Source: Rebecca billardiae RCC1528 (lineage: Eukaryota; Protista; Haptophyta). Taken from it: 64,000 nt of DNA. A program made the translations under genes and the position numbers. Below the pieces are notes generated by a model. It saw only the letters and a list, made by a program, of their open reading frames with translations. It was not told the origin of the DNA and ran no database searches. Positions 13,083 through 23,885 of the stretch are shown here, one piece after another (the stretch's first letter is position 1; each line of letters opens with the position of its first letter). The DNA lies in the NCBI GenBank assembly GCA_965240325.2, contig OZ251253.1, forward strand, positions 124,001 to 188,000, read 5' to 3'.

Positions 13083-14319
13083 GCAGTGCCTAAGCCCGCC
13101 GTGACGGCAGGCGGCTGTGACTGTTGAGCGCGGACTCGCCGCTCGCAGATCAGCCTGCTGCTGATGTATGCGTAGTGGCGGCTCTCGTGTCAGGCAGTAT
13201 CACTATACTGCTGCATGTCTGTCACTCGTACCGGAACGGGAACTGACGCGGGAGTCCGAGCGCGCACTGCTCGCGATGACGATGCGCCACTGTCCGAAGC
13301 CGTGCCATGGAGACTCCACGGACCGCAGGTAGGTGCCCGGCACTGGTCCAGGCCGGGACGAGAGCCGAAAATAGATGTGCGCGCGGTCCAGCTCGTGCTG
13401 CAGAGGACTAGTGCCCAGCCTCGTCGCCCGCGCAGATCAGTGCGCGCGGGGCTTGCCGCGACGCCTTCATAAAGCGCAGCAGCAGCTAGAGGCAGGCTCA
13501 CGCGGTCAGTCAGCACGGCCGCACCGACAGCGGCGAGCCCGCGATCACAGCCTCGCGGCCATGGAAGGCGCGAGCAAGGGCTTGGGCGCGTGAGCGAGTT
13601 GGCCGGGGTCGGGCTGCTCCACATCCCGACAGAACGGCCAAGACTACTCGCGCTGGCACCACGCCGACTGGATCGGCAGGCGAACGGGCTCCACCCGATC
13701 CGAGGCTCGGCAGACAAGCTATAGCTCAAAACGTCCTCGACATCGCACAACATGCCGAGAGTTCAGCTGAGGCGCGGCGTGCGGCGTGGCGCGGGGCGTG
13801 GCGCGCGCGGGCGCGCGCATAGTCAGCTGGAAACACGGCGAGAAAGAAACGCGCCTCGCTCCCACGCGCCACGCGCTTCGGCTTTCGCATCACCCAGAAT
13901 ATCACGACGACTAACACGAGGAGCCTGATGACAGTGACTCGAGCGGTCGACAATGCGGAGCGTCTCACCTCACATGCTCGGCCGAAGAGGCATCTGCAGG
14001 GCGGGTCGCGCGGGGTGAGCGGGCACGAAAGCGACGCTGACGACCGTCGGGATACCAGCCGCAGCCGCGCGCACCTGCTGCTGAGTCCGTCGGATTGAAC
14101 GATCGTGCGCTGCCGCAGCGGGCCGCCGCTGGGCGCTCCGTTCCGCTTTCGTTATATATTCATCGTTCGGCTGCCAAGAGTACGGCGAGGCCTCGACTCT
14201 CCAGAGCTCACTCACGACTGCTCAGAGGCCGAATCCAGCAGTATTCATCAAGGGAGATAGCCTACTATATATGAAGATATCGTCGATTGCGTCGTTGTGG
14301 TCGGGTATTTGGGTCATTA

Positions 14320-14340
14320 ATATATATATATATATATATA
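14320..14340. repeat. (TA)n microsatellite
   Basis: Visible TA run. Similar runs occur near 16860-16874, 43306-43316 and 58468-58480. Confidence 0.9.
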
Positions 14341-15293
14341 GTTGATGCATATTTGCAATAACTGTTGACGATGTGACCGCGCGCTAATATCGTAGTCCGC
14401 TATTGAGTATTGACGAGGTGACCACGCTCTCATTTGGTAACCCGATAAATATATGCATACTAGGCTGGGCAATTCGGTGGGTAGACTGAACGAGAGTACC
14501 CATAATATTGCCCAGCCAATCTGGCACTATGGCACCCCCGCCACTGTAAATTGTCTAATATAATAACCGTCCTACTTCACACCATTAATCAAGGGAGGAA
14601 TCAAACGATCAAGACGAAAATAGCCTGCTCGAAAGGGGGTGATGTTTGTATCAAACTTTTAATAACCGTCAAACTTCACACTATAATATTGCCCGCCGGC
14701 CACGCTTTACTTATGGGGAATCTTGTGGACGTGCCCGCCTTATTTTTCGACGCTAATCAGTGTCAAAGGGGGTCTCAAAAATTGAAACTCGGTCTCCGCC
14801 AGCCCTAAAAATCGCCCCCCGTCCCTTTTTTCTTGATCAAGGATCTTTTTTGAAACGTGGTTAGGGCCCGCAGTGCGGGCTCCTCGCTGCGCGCTCCGCC
14901 CTGCACCGCGGGCCATGATATGCTGACGATGATGCGCGCGTCGTATTGGCATTCTATTATAGAATATAACTGCGCAGTAACCGCCGTTCGGAACCGGGCG
15001 TTCGGTTATTTATAGGGGCTGGTATAAGCACACCAGACTGCGCTTCAATTGTGAATTGAGGACCTCACCGTCAGGCCTGAGGAGCGGGGCAAGGAGACAG
15101 GAGTAGGCGGCTGGTTGAGTGGCTGCCAGGGGGGGACGAGTTACGACAGGCGAAGTTAACACAGTGATGACAGAAAAGAAATCGATTTTCGGCGTAGTAA
15201 TACTTGTACGATGACCGTATTGATAATGAATTAAATACACCGTATATCGCGGTCGCGGCGGTGAAACCGCTTGCCGCGCGAACGCAACACGGT

Positions 15294-15347
15294 GCGTGAA
15301 TCAAGGGGCTTACAAAATACCACTTTTGTAAGCCCCTTGCGTGAATC
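15294..15347. mobile_element. Minimal hairpin insertion (36 bp, 15-bp perfect inverted arms) flanked by a 9-bp direct repeat; probable TIR-transposon remnant
   Basis: GCGTGAATC | AAGGGGCTTACAAAA-TACCAC-TTTTGTAAGCCCCTT | GCGTGAATC. Confidence 0.6.
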
Positions 15348-15368
15348 ACGGGTCGCTTGCTGCGTGCA

Positions 15369-16799
15369 ATGGCGGCCATTGCACGCAGCAAGCGACTACC
15401 CGCGCGGTGGGGCCCGCTGCCCTTGTCCCTCAGCGCCGTCCTCGTCACGCACGCCGCGCGCGCTGCAGCGTTCGCGCATGCGGTCGTTGCCGCTGCCGCC
15501 TCTCCAGCTCCATCGTATTGCCCGCTGGCGCGCTCCCCCGCGGACGCGGGCGCACGGCTGCGCGCGCACCACGAGGCGCTTGCGAGCTGCCCGACCGTGG
15601 CGACATGGTGCTACCAGCCCAGCGTGGCGCACGCAGCGCCGCGGGACCTCGCGTCCGTAGCCGGCTGGACGAGCGCTCAGCTCCCTGCCCGCGAGTCATG
15701 CGATTGGCCGCAGCCGCGCTCGTGCTCGCGCGCAGTCGACCCGACGTTGGGCTTTGGCAACCTGCGGCGTACTGACAAGGGCATGCGCGCGCTCGGCAGC
15801 CGCGAGGCCGGCCTGATCGCCTACACCGTCTTCAAAGGCGGGTCCTCGTCGATGGAGCAGTGGTTCCGCCGCTGCTTCAACGACTCGTCCCGGCTGCACG
15901 ACGAGGCGCTGCCTGTGCGCGCGGGCGAGCGGGTGCTGCACGTTGCGATGGCTGCCAGCCCGATTCGCCGCGCCACGTCCGCGCTCGGCGAGATCCTGCG
16001 GTGGGCGTGCAAGCCGTACGAGCTGCGCGCGGGCACGCGCGCGCAGCTGCCCTCGTCCCGCTGGCTCCTCGACAACGTGCTCAGCTCGCGACGCCGCGCC
16101 GAGCTCGAGGCAGCGCACCCGGGCGGCGTGCGCAAGTGGCCGGCCGCCGTGTTTGACGAGATCCTGAGCACGCTCGAGGCCGAGCACGACGATTGGATGC
16201 TCGCAGGGCTCGGGCCGCGCCGCGCGGATGCGCTGCGCTTCATCGCGGCGGCGTGTCGCGCGGCTGCAGGCGTGCGCTCCGCGCGCGACGAGCTGCGCAC
16301 GCTGGAGCACCGCGAGGAGCCGAGGCTGCGCGCCTTCCTGCACGCACTCGAGTGCTCGTACCCGGCGTGGAACGCCAAGCACGCGCTCAGCGCGACCGTG
16401 CACGCGCTCTCGAGCTTCGATGCCAACGCGCGCGCGCTGACGCCGGCGGAGCAGTACCTCGCTCGGGGTCCGACGATGACACAGCGCGTGACGCCGCGGG
16501 CGCAACACCTCGTCCACAGCGAGGCGCTACGCGAGGAGCTCGAGGCGACACTGCGCTCGGCGGGCATGGCGGCCACAGTGCGGCGCTGCGGGCTCCCTGG
16601 CCGTGCCAATCAAGCGCGAGACAAGGGCCAGGGCTCGGTCAACTCCACGCTCGCACGCGACGAGCTGCTCTGGGACCGGCCCGAGCTGATGCAGATGGTG
16701 TGCAGGGCGTTCATCCAGGACTTTGTGTGCTATGGATACGAGCTGCCGCCTGCATGCAACGACACGCTGCATCCCGGCTGGAGGTGTCCGCCCGCCTGA
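15369..16799 (+). CDS. Sulfotransferase family (Sulfotransfer_2-like) protein with N-terminal signal anchor
   Basis: 5'-PSB-like YTVFKGGSSS, 3'-PB-like SPIRRATSAL and a C-terminal VCRAFIQDFVCYGYELP typical of Golgi carbohydrate sulfotransferases. Hydrophobic N-terminal segment. Confidence 0.65.
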   Translation: MAAIARSKRLPARWGPLPLSLSAVLVTHAARAAAFAHAVVAAAASPAPSYCPLARSPADAGARLRAHHEALASCPTVATWCYQPSVAHAAPRDLASVAGWTSAQLPARESCDWPQPRSCSRAVDPTLGFGNLRRTDKGMRALGSREAGLIAYTVFKGGSSSMEQWFRRCFNDSSRLHDEALPVRAGERVLHVAMAASPIRRATSALGEILRWACKPYELRAGTRAQLPSSRWLLDNVLSSRRRAELEAAHPGGVRKWPAAVFDEILSTLEAEHDDWMLAGLGPRRADALRFIAAACRAAAGVRSARDELRTLEHREEPRLRAFLHALECSYPAWNAKHALSATVHALSSFDANARALTPAEQYLARGPTMTQRVTPRAQHLVHSEALREELEATLRSAGMAATVRRCGLPGRANQARDKGQGSVNSTLARDELLWDRPELMQMVCRAFIQDFVCYGYELPPACNDTLHPGWRCPPA

Positions 16800-16909
16800 A
16801 TGATGACGATGATATATCATATATGATGACGACGATCGATGATATCATCGATGATGCGCTATATATATATATATGCTGCGCTGCTGTAGTAGTAATAATA
16901 TATAATAAC

Positions 16910-18946
16910 CACAGTGAACAAAAACGGGATTATCGTCACCGTAACCTGTCCGATGCGAGCCGATTTTCGGGGAATTTATCGCGCGGGCCGCACGAGCGCA
17001 CAGAAGACGCTACGGTGGTCGCGCAGGCGCCTGGCGAGTGCCCAGGGCACGGGACTGCAACACCCCACCCAGCCTCCCCATCCCTCCGCCCCTCTCTGCC
17101 TCGCCGGGTTGCACGCGGCTGGCCGGTCACGTAGCTCGTGGTGAGCCATTCGTGAGCGTGGGGCCCTGCTGCTCAGTGCGGCGATGCAGCGAGGCGAAGC
17201 GGCGCGTAAGATGGCGCATCTTACTCCGAATGCAGTCTGCTGCCAGCACAGCCGCCCTCGCCGGAGTGCCTGGTCGTCACCTTCGTCGTGTGCACCTGTT
17301 GCGAGCTGCCGTCAACAAGCGAATGCCTCAGGCCTCCCGGGAGCCATTCAAACACGCTCGTCCTCGACGAGGCGTGCGCGAGGCACCGCGCGAGCGCGGG
17401 AACGGCCCTTCCCAGCATACTCCTACACGGCCATCCACCTCGCCACAGCCTGCCATATCACACTCCTCCCCGCAACAGTGCCCGCGTGCCGCGTGCGAGG
17501 CCGGCCCAACCCCAGGCAGAACTGGTGCACAGATATTTTCGACTGCGAGGAGACGGCGGCGAGCACAGGCGTGCGGCGCCGTCCCGCGCTTCATTGGGAT
17601 GTTCTAGACCAGTCGCGCGCCCGCGGCACCGCACCCGCCCTCTCCGCGTCGCGTGCCACTCCACGCAGCGCGCGCCCTCTCGGGCGATGCGAGTCTCGCC
17701 ATCGACGGCGATCTTGCGGCTGATTCGTACCCGCATGTATTCAACAAATACGACAAATCGCCGAGCTGAAGCGCACTTGGTCGCGCGATGGCAGGTCGCG
17801 CTGTGTGACGTCGCTCGCCGCAGGAAATTCGGTACGCGACGAGAGCACGGCGCACGCGCACGGCGCGGCGTGGGAGGCGGGGCGGTGGTGTCCTCGAGCC
17901 ATCCCGCCCGCGCCGCGGTGCGCCAGCCGCCACCTCGCCGCGCCGTGGCCCATGCCGCGCGGCAGGTGTCGACCAGACCGACCTTGCCGCCCAAAAGAGG
18001 GCCGCACCGGAAATTCTGTATTTGTTGAATACAGACTTACCCACGTGCCCGTGCTGAGGCGGGGCCGGTGGCGGCGGCGTGGCGCGGCGGCGGCGGCGCG
18101 GGCAGCCTGACGGGCCAGATAGGGCGCGCCAGGTCGGGGCGATCGTGATGGGATGGTTCTATACGCATCAGCGCGTGCTCCTGTGCATCTCAAGAGCGCG
18201 CTGGGCGCCCTCTCTCGCGCCTATGCCCATCCCACGCGGTCTGAGAAGCCTCTGTTTGGACACCGTTGGCTGCGCGCTCGGTCGTGGCTGCCCGGCGGGT
18301 CGAAGAGGTCGAGGCGAGCCGGGTCGTTCGCGACGGACGATGTCTATGGGTCATGGCGAGTGCCAGCACGCAGCTCGGGCGCGCGCCCGGCGCCTCCTCG
18401 CCGCGCTACATCCACACCAAGATCTGGCCCAAAAACAGGCTTCAAGAGCGAAACTCAGTCTGGGAGCTGCTCAGGCCGCTGTGTGCGGTTTGGCGTACCG
18501 CAAACTTGTGGAGCGGGTGCCCACATGGGTTGATCGCAATGCGACGTTGCGTTTTTCCGCGAAACACCACTTCCTCGCCTCTCCGCGCGCGCGCCGCGCG
18601 GCTACCGTGACCTCATCTTAACAGGTCACGTGTGGCCGCCCGTGGGGCGAGGGTGGGCGAGGAGGGGCGGGCGAGGGTGACGCCGCCCCGGGGAACCGCC
18701 TTGGCAGGCCGACCGATCCCCCCTCGCGGCACACATGCGCGCACGCCCGCCGCTCGGAGCGCGCCATCGATTCGAATGGGCGTGCGCGCGAACGACCATG
18801 CTCAAACGGCTTCGGCCCGATCTTTCTCTACTGTGGCGGCGCGAAGTGCCGCGAACGGGGCATCAAAAAAATTCCAGCGCATCCCCACTGGGCGGAAGTG
18901 CGGACAGGTTACGGCGGTGACGGCTAAAATCGAATTGTTTACTGTG
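16910..18946. mobile_element. Non-autonomous DNA transposon (~2.04 kb) with imperfect ~45-bp TIRs and CAC...GTG termini; CMC/EnSpm-like
   Basis: Left end CACAGTGAACAA..CGTCACCGTAACCTGTCCG (16910-16952) matches the reverse complement of the right end CACAGTAAACAA..CGTCACCGCCGTAACCTGTCCG (18901-18946). AC lies on both flanks (possible 2-bp TSD). No convincing transposase inside. Confidence 0.65.
17736..18033. mobile_element. MITE-like element (~300 bp) nested in the TIR element
   Basis: Perfect 16-bp inverted repeat TGTATTCAACAAATAC (17736-17751) / GTATTTGTTGAATACA (18018-18033). A TA TSD is possible if the ends are TTCAAC/GTTGAA. Confidence 0.5.
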
Positions 18947-19496
18947 ACTATTATTCATCATCGTCAGCAGCTGTATGAATGACTCGCGACGACCGTACTA
19001 CTACGACGGCGGGCCAGTATATAGCAGGCGCGGGCGCGCTGCTATACTGCTGTGATGATAATGCTGAGCCTGCGAGCCGCCACGCGTGGCAACTGGCATC
19101 ACGCGCTGACGACGCGCGCCGGACTCGCAGGCGCAGCGGCGGCAGGTGATAAGTCCGCGCCGCTGGCGGCGGACTCTCACTCAGCTCGGCGGAGTCATCA
19201 GCGCGACCGCCCGGCAGGACCGGAGACTGTAGTCGTCATTCATCGACGACGATTGACGCGAGCGCGAGGCCGACGACACACTGCCAGCAGCGCCAGCGGC
19301 ATGGGCGCGGGTGACCGCATCCCGGGGGCGCGCTGCCGTCGGCGCCTGACCGCTGACGGCGGCTCGGAGTATCACTAGTGCAGTCGCTGAGTGTTGTCGC
19401 CGTCGGCGTCGGGAGCGAGCGAGGCTCTGCATCACTGGTGGCGCGCCGTCCGGGGTGCTGCGAGTCGCGCGGCGGTGCTCAGGCCGCAGGGGAGAC

Positions 19497-21593
19497 TCAC
19501 TTGTGGCCGGCGGCGCGGCGGCGTGCCTTGCGCTGGCCGGTCGCAGCCGCCGCGTCGGCGGCGGAAGCTGCGGGCACGTCGGCCGACTCAGCCGCCGCCG
19601 CCTTGGCGCGCGCGGCCGCGCCGGCGTCGACGCGCTTGGGCGGGCCGGCGTGCGCGGGCGGCCGCGCCGCCTCGGGCGGCGCGGCGTCGTTGCGCGCGCC
19701 GAGCGGGCTCGCGGCGGCCGCGCTCGGAGGCACGGGCGTGGCGGCTGCCTCCGCGCCGTCCGAAGCGGCGTCGCGCGCGCGCTTGCGCCCGGCCGGCGGC
19801 GGCGCCGCCTCGGCCTCGCGCGCCGCGGCGCCGGCCGCGGGCGTGGCGGCGGCGGCGGCGGCGGCGGTGGCGGGCGCATGGCCCGGCACCTCCTCCCGCA
19901 GGAAGCTCTGCGCGGCGTGTGGCGCACGCGCGGAGCGAAGGGGCGGCGGATGACGCGCGCGCGCGTGGGCGCGCGCGGCGTGCCGCGCGGCGCGCACCGC
20001 AGCGCGGCGGCGCGGCGCGGCGCGGCGGCGCACGCGCGGCGGCGCACCTCCCAGCTGTGCACGCTGACGCGTGCTGGCGCGGCGGCGGCGGCGGCGTGCT
20101 CGCGCAGAGCGGGCAGCTCCGCGTCGGAGACGAAGTGCCACACGCGCTGCCCCGCCGCCTCGCGCGCAGCGCCGCCGCCCCCGTCGCCGCCGCCCGCCTC
20201 GGCGGCCCCCACGCCCGCGGCGCCGCCGCCTTGGGCGCCGAGCAACCGCGCGGCGGCCGCGCCGGTCTCGCAGCGCGCGCCGACGCGGCGCGCGAGCGTC
20301 TTGAGCAGCTTGGCCTCGCGCGGCTTGGCCTGCGCGAACGCGGCGGAGAGGGCGAGGGCGGCGCCGGCGAACGGGTTGGGCCGGCCCATCACGCCGAGCG
20401 GGCACGGCGGCGGCGCGCCACCGCCAAGAGCGCCGGTCTCGCCGCCGCCCGAGCCCGCGTCAGCCGCCGCGTCCGCGGCCGCGCCCGCCGCGGCGTCCGC
20501 GCCCGCGCCGCCCGCGCCCGCGCGCCCGCCGCCGGCGTGGCGCGGCGGCGGCGGCGGCGGCAGCGGCAGGAAGCGCCCGGCCTCGCGGCTCCGCCCCACC
20601 CACTCGCGCGTCACCACCGCCTTGGCGGAGAGCGCGGCGAAGATTGTCTTGGACGTGCGCCGCGCGCCGTCCTCGCGCACCACGTGGCTGACGCGCTCGT
20701 CAAAGAGCTGCGCGGCGCCCGCGCCTCCGGTGGGGGTGGCGGCGGTGCGGGCGGCGGTGGGAGGGTCGGGCGCGCTCGGCGCGAGGACGGTGCCGCCGAG
20801 CTCGACCACCCAGCGCCCGAGCTCCTCCACCGACGCGTGCGCCCACGCCGGCACCGCCGCCGCGCCCGCGGCCGCGCCCACCGCACCCGGCTGGCCGGCC
20901 GCGCGGCGCGCGCGCGCCGCCGACGGCGGCGCGGGCGCGGCGCCCGCCGCGGGCGCGGCGGCGAAGCCGGAGAATTGGAAGCAGCAGCTGCCGGGCGCGG
21001 TGGGTGCGGCCGGGGTGGCGGCGGCGGCGGAGCGGCGGCGGCTGGCGCGCTCGGCGCTCAGTGGCGGCGGCGGCTGCGGATCGGCCGGCGCGCCGCGCTT
21101 GGGGGCGGGCGCGCGCGCGGGCGCGGGCGCGGCGGCGCGCGGCGCCGGCGGCGCGCCGGGCGGCGCGGCGGCGGGCGCGGGCGCGGGGTCGGCAGCGCCG
21201 GGCGCCGGCGGGACGACGCCGCCTCCACCCGCGCCGTCGGCCATGGCGCCGGCCTGCGCGCCGGCCGCATCGCCACCCGCCGAGCCGCGCCGCCGGCGCG
21301 CCGCCCCGCCCCCCTGCGGCTGCGGCTGCGGCGCCGCGGGCGGCGGCGCGCGCGGCCGGCGCGGCTGCTGCGCGCTGCCGGCAGGCGGCGGCGGCGGCAG
21401 CGCGGGCGTGTCCTGCCGCGGCGTGCGCTCCGCCGCCGCGCGCGGCGCGGGCGTGCCCTGCCGCGGCGTGCGCTCCGCCGCGCGCGGCGCGGCGGGCGGC
21501 GGCGTGGCGGTGGCGGCGGCGGCCGCAGCGGCGCGCGCGCCCGCGCTCGCGCCCGCGGCCGCGCCAGTCGCGCCGCCGTCCGCGCGCGCCGCG

Positions 21594-21626
<33 letters not shown>

Positions 21627-22764
21627 AGCGCCGCGCGCGCGCGCGCCGCACCGACCTCGGCGTCCGCCTCGGTGAGCGCGGCACGCAGCGCGCGCTCGAC
21701 GGCGGCCGCGGCCGCGGCCGCGCCCGCCAGCTGCGCCGCGGCGCGCTCGGCGGCGTCGGCTGCCGAGTCAGCCGCGCCGCGCGCCGCGCGCGCGTGCTTG
21801 GCGCGCGCGTCGGCGAGCGCGCGCTCGGCGGCGGCGGCCTTGGCCTCCGCCACGTCGGCGTCGGCGGCGCGCGCGCGCAGCGCCGCCGCGCCGTCGAGCG
21901 CGGCCAGCGCGCGCGCGTCCGCCGCCGCGCCCTCGGCGCGCGCGCGCTCCGCGTCCGCGCGCGCACCGCGCAGCTCCGCGTCGGCCGCGGCGCCGTCCAA
22001 GCGTCGAAGCGCGCGCTCGGCGCCGAGCGCGCGCGTCGCCTCTTCGAGCTCGCGCTGCGCGGGCGCGAGCGCGGCGTCGGCGTCGGCGCGCGCGCGCTGC
22101 CGCGCCTCGTCCAGCGCGGCCGCGTGCTGCGCCGCCGCCGCCTCCGCCGCCGCCGCCGCCTCCGCCCTCGCGGCTTCGAGCGCGGCCGCGGCCGCCTCGG
22201 CCGCGGCGCGCGCGTCCGCGCGCGCCGCCGCGGCCGCCTCGTTCGCGGCGGCCGCCTCCGCCGTGGCGTCCGCACGCGCGCGGCACGCGGCCTCCCGCTC
22301 GCGCCGCTCCTCCGCCAGCTCGAGGGCCGCCTCCGACGCGGCCGCCTCCGCCGACGTGCGCGCGGCCGCGGCCGCGTCGCGCACGGCCAACGCCGCGTCG
22401 CGCGCGCCGCGCGCCGCGGCCGCCTCGGCCGCGGCCGCGGCCGCCGCCGCCTCCGCCGCCTCGCGCGCGGCGCGCTCGCGCGCGCACGCGTCCTCGGCGC
22501 GCGCCGCGCGCGCGCAAGCCTCCGCCAGCGCGCCGCTCGCGCGCTCGCGCTCGGCCGCCGCCGCCGCCGCCGCGCTCGCCGCGTGGCCGGCCGCGTCGCG
22601 CGCGCGCGCGTCCGCGCGCGCCTCGCCCTCCGCCGCGCGCGCGCGCGCCGCCTCCGCCGTGTCGCGCGCGGCCACCGCGCGGCCGATTTCCCGCGTCTGG
22701 GCCGTGATGCGCTCGCCCGCAGCGACCAGCGCCTTGCTCGCCTCCGCCGCGCGCGCGCGCTCGT

Positions 22765-22798
<34 letters not shown>

Positions 22799-23485
22799 GC
22801 CGAGCGCGGCGCGCGCCGCGGCGCCGTCCGCGTCAGCGTCGGCGAGCGCGCCGCACGCGGCGCGCGTGCGCGCGCGCGCGCACGCCGCCTCCTTGAGCGC
22901 GTCGGTGAGCGCGGCGCCGCGCGCCTCGAGCTCGGCCTCGAGCGCGCGCAGCTCCGCCGCGACGCCGCCGACGTCACCCTCGCCGCCATCGGCGCCGTCG
23001 GCCGCGGCCGGCGCGTCCGCGGCCGGCGCGTCCGCGGCGGCGGCCGCCGCGCGCAGCCGCGCCTCGAGCGCGCTGACCGTCGCGCTGAGCTGCACGTTGC
23101 TCAGCGCGAGCGCGGACACGCGTTCGCCGCGCGCCCACGCCTCGTCCGCGAGCTCGGCCGCGCGGCCGCGCTGCCGATCCGCCTCGGCGCGCAGGCCCCG
23201 CCGCTGGGCGTCGAACCGCGCCGCGTCGGCCGCGCGCGCGGCGCGGTGCGCGGCGAGTGTCTGCTCCATCTCGGCGGCGCGCGCGGCGCGCTCCGCGTCG
23301 AGCGCCGCCTCGCCCGCGGCCGCCGCCTCGGCGCGCGCGCCCGCCGCCGCCGCCTGCGCCGCGGCCGCGCTCGCGCGCTCGAGCGCGTCCGCGCGCGCGG
23401 CCGCGAGCGCGAGCTGCAGCTGCAGCTCGTTGATGGTCGCGGCCTGGCGCCACGCGGTCTCGTGCGTCGCGCGGTGGTCCAGCAT
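19497..23485 (-). CDS. Long coiled-coil protein with C-terminal BRCT domain(s); intron 19908-20047
   Basis: ATG at 23485, then heptad Ala/Glu/Arg coiled coil. BRCT signature FQFSGF...VVELGGTV...FDERVSHVV...RRTSKTIFAALSAKAVVTREWVGRSREAGRFLP. GTGCGC...GCAG splicing gives VHSWE|SFLREE. The stop overlaps a GTGAGT donor-like site, so the 3' end may extend. Confidence 0.7.
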
Positions 23486-23885
23486 CGGCGAGGCGCTTGC
23501 TCTCGCTCTCGCGCGCGCGCGCTCGCTCTCTCTCACCGCGCGGCGCGCGCCGCCGCCGCCGCTGCCGCTGAGGGGTGGCGCACTCGATCGAGCCCGCCTG
23601 TCGTCGACGAGCGGCGCTTTCCGAGTGGAGAGTCGTCGGTTGGTTAGAAAAGACGCGACCGGCGACCGTTGGCCGAGCGAGTTTTCGAGGCTGCCGATTT
23701 TGAATGATCAATGAATTTGTGCGCACGCAGATTTTCCGGTGGACGAGTCGCACCGGACTCGCGCAAGGGCCGCCGTTGCGCCGGCCGAGCCGGACTCGAA
23801 ACGGCTTTTTCTTGCCCTCGCCCATCGCCCGGCCGGAGGCGTCCAGGCGAGCCGCACCCGGCCGTGCCCCCGCCCGCACGGCGCG
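23486..23885. promoter_or_regulatory. Probable bidirectional promoter (BRCT gene / Sfi1-repeat gene)
   Basis: 400-bp AT-richer gap between divergent ATGs at 23485 (-) and 23886 (+). Confidence 0.5.

Noticed and set aside
14463-14517. Possible hammerhead ribozyme (CTGAACGAG in a hairpin loop)
   Set aside because: The core is not CUGANGA, and the GAAA and three-stem junction are missing.
16910-16926. CACAGTG followed by ACAAAAACG, resembling a V(D)J RSS heptamer and nonamer
   Set aside because: The spacer is 1 nt rather than 12 or 23, the other end lacks the nonamer, and there is no 5-bp TSD or RAG/Transib ORF. Treated as a TIR coincidence.
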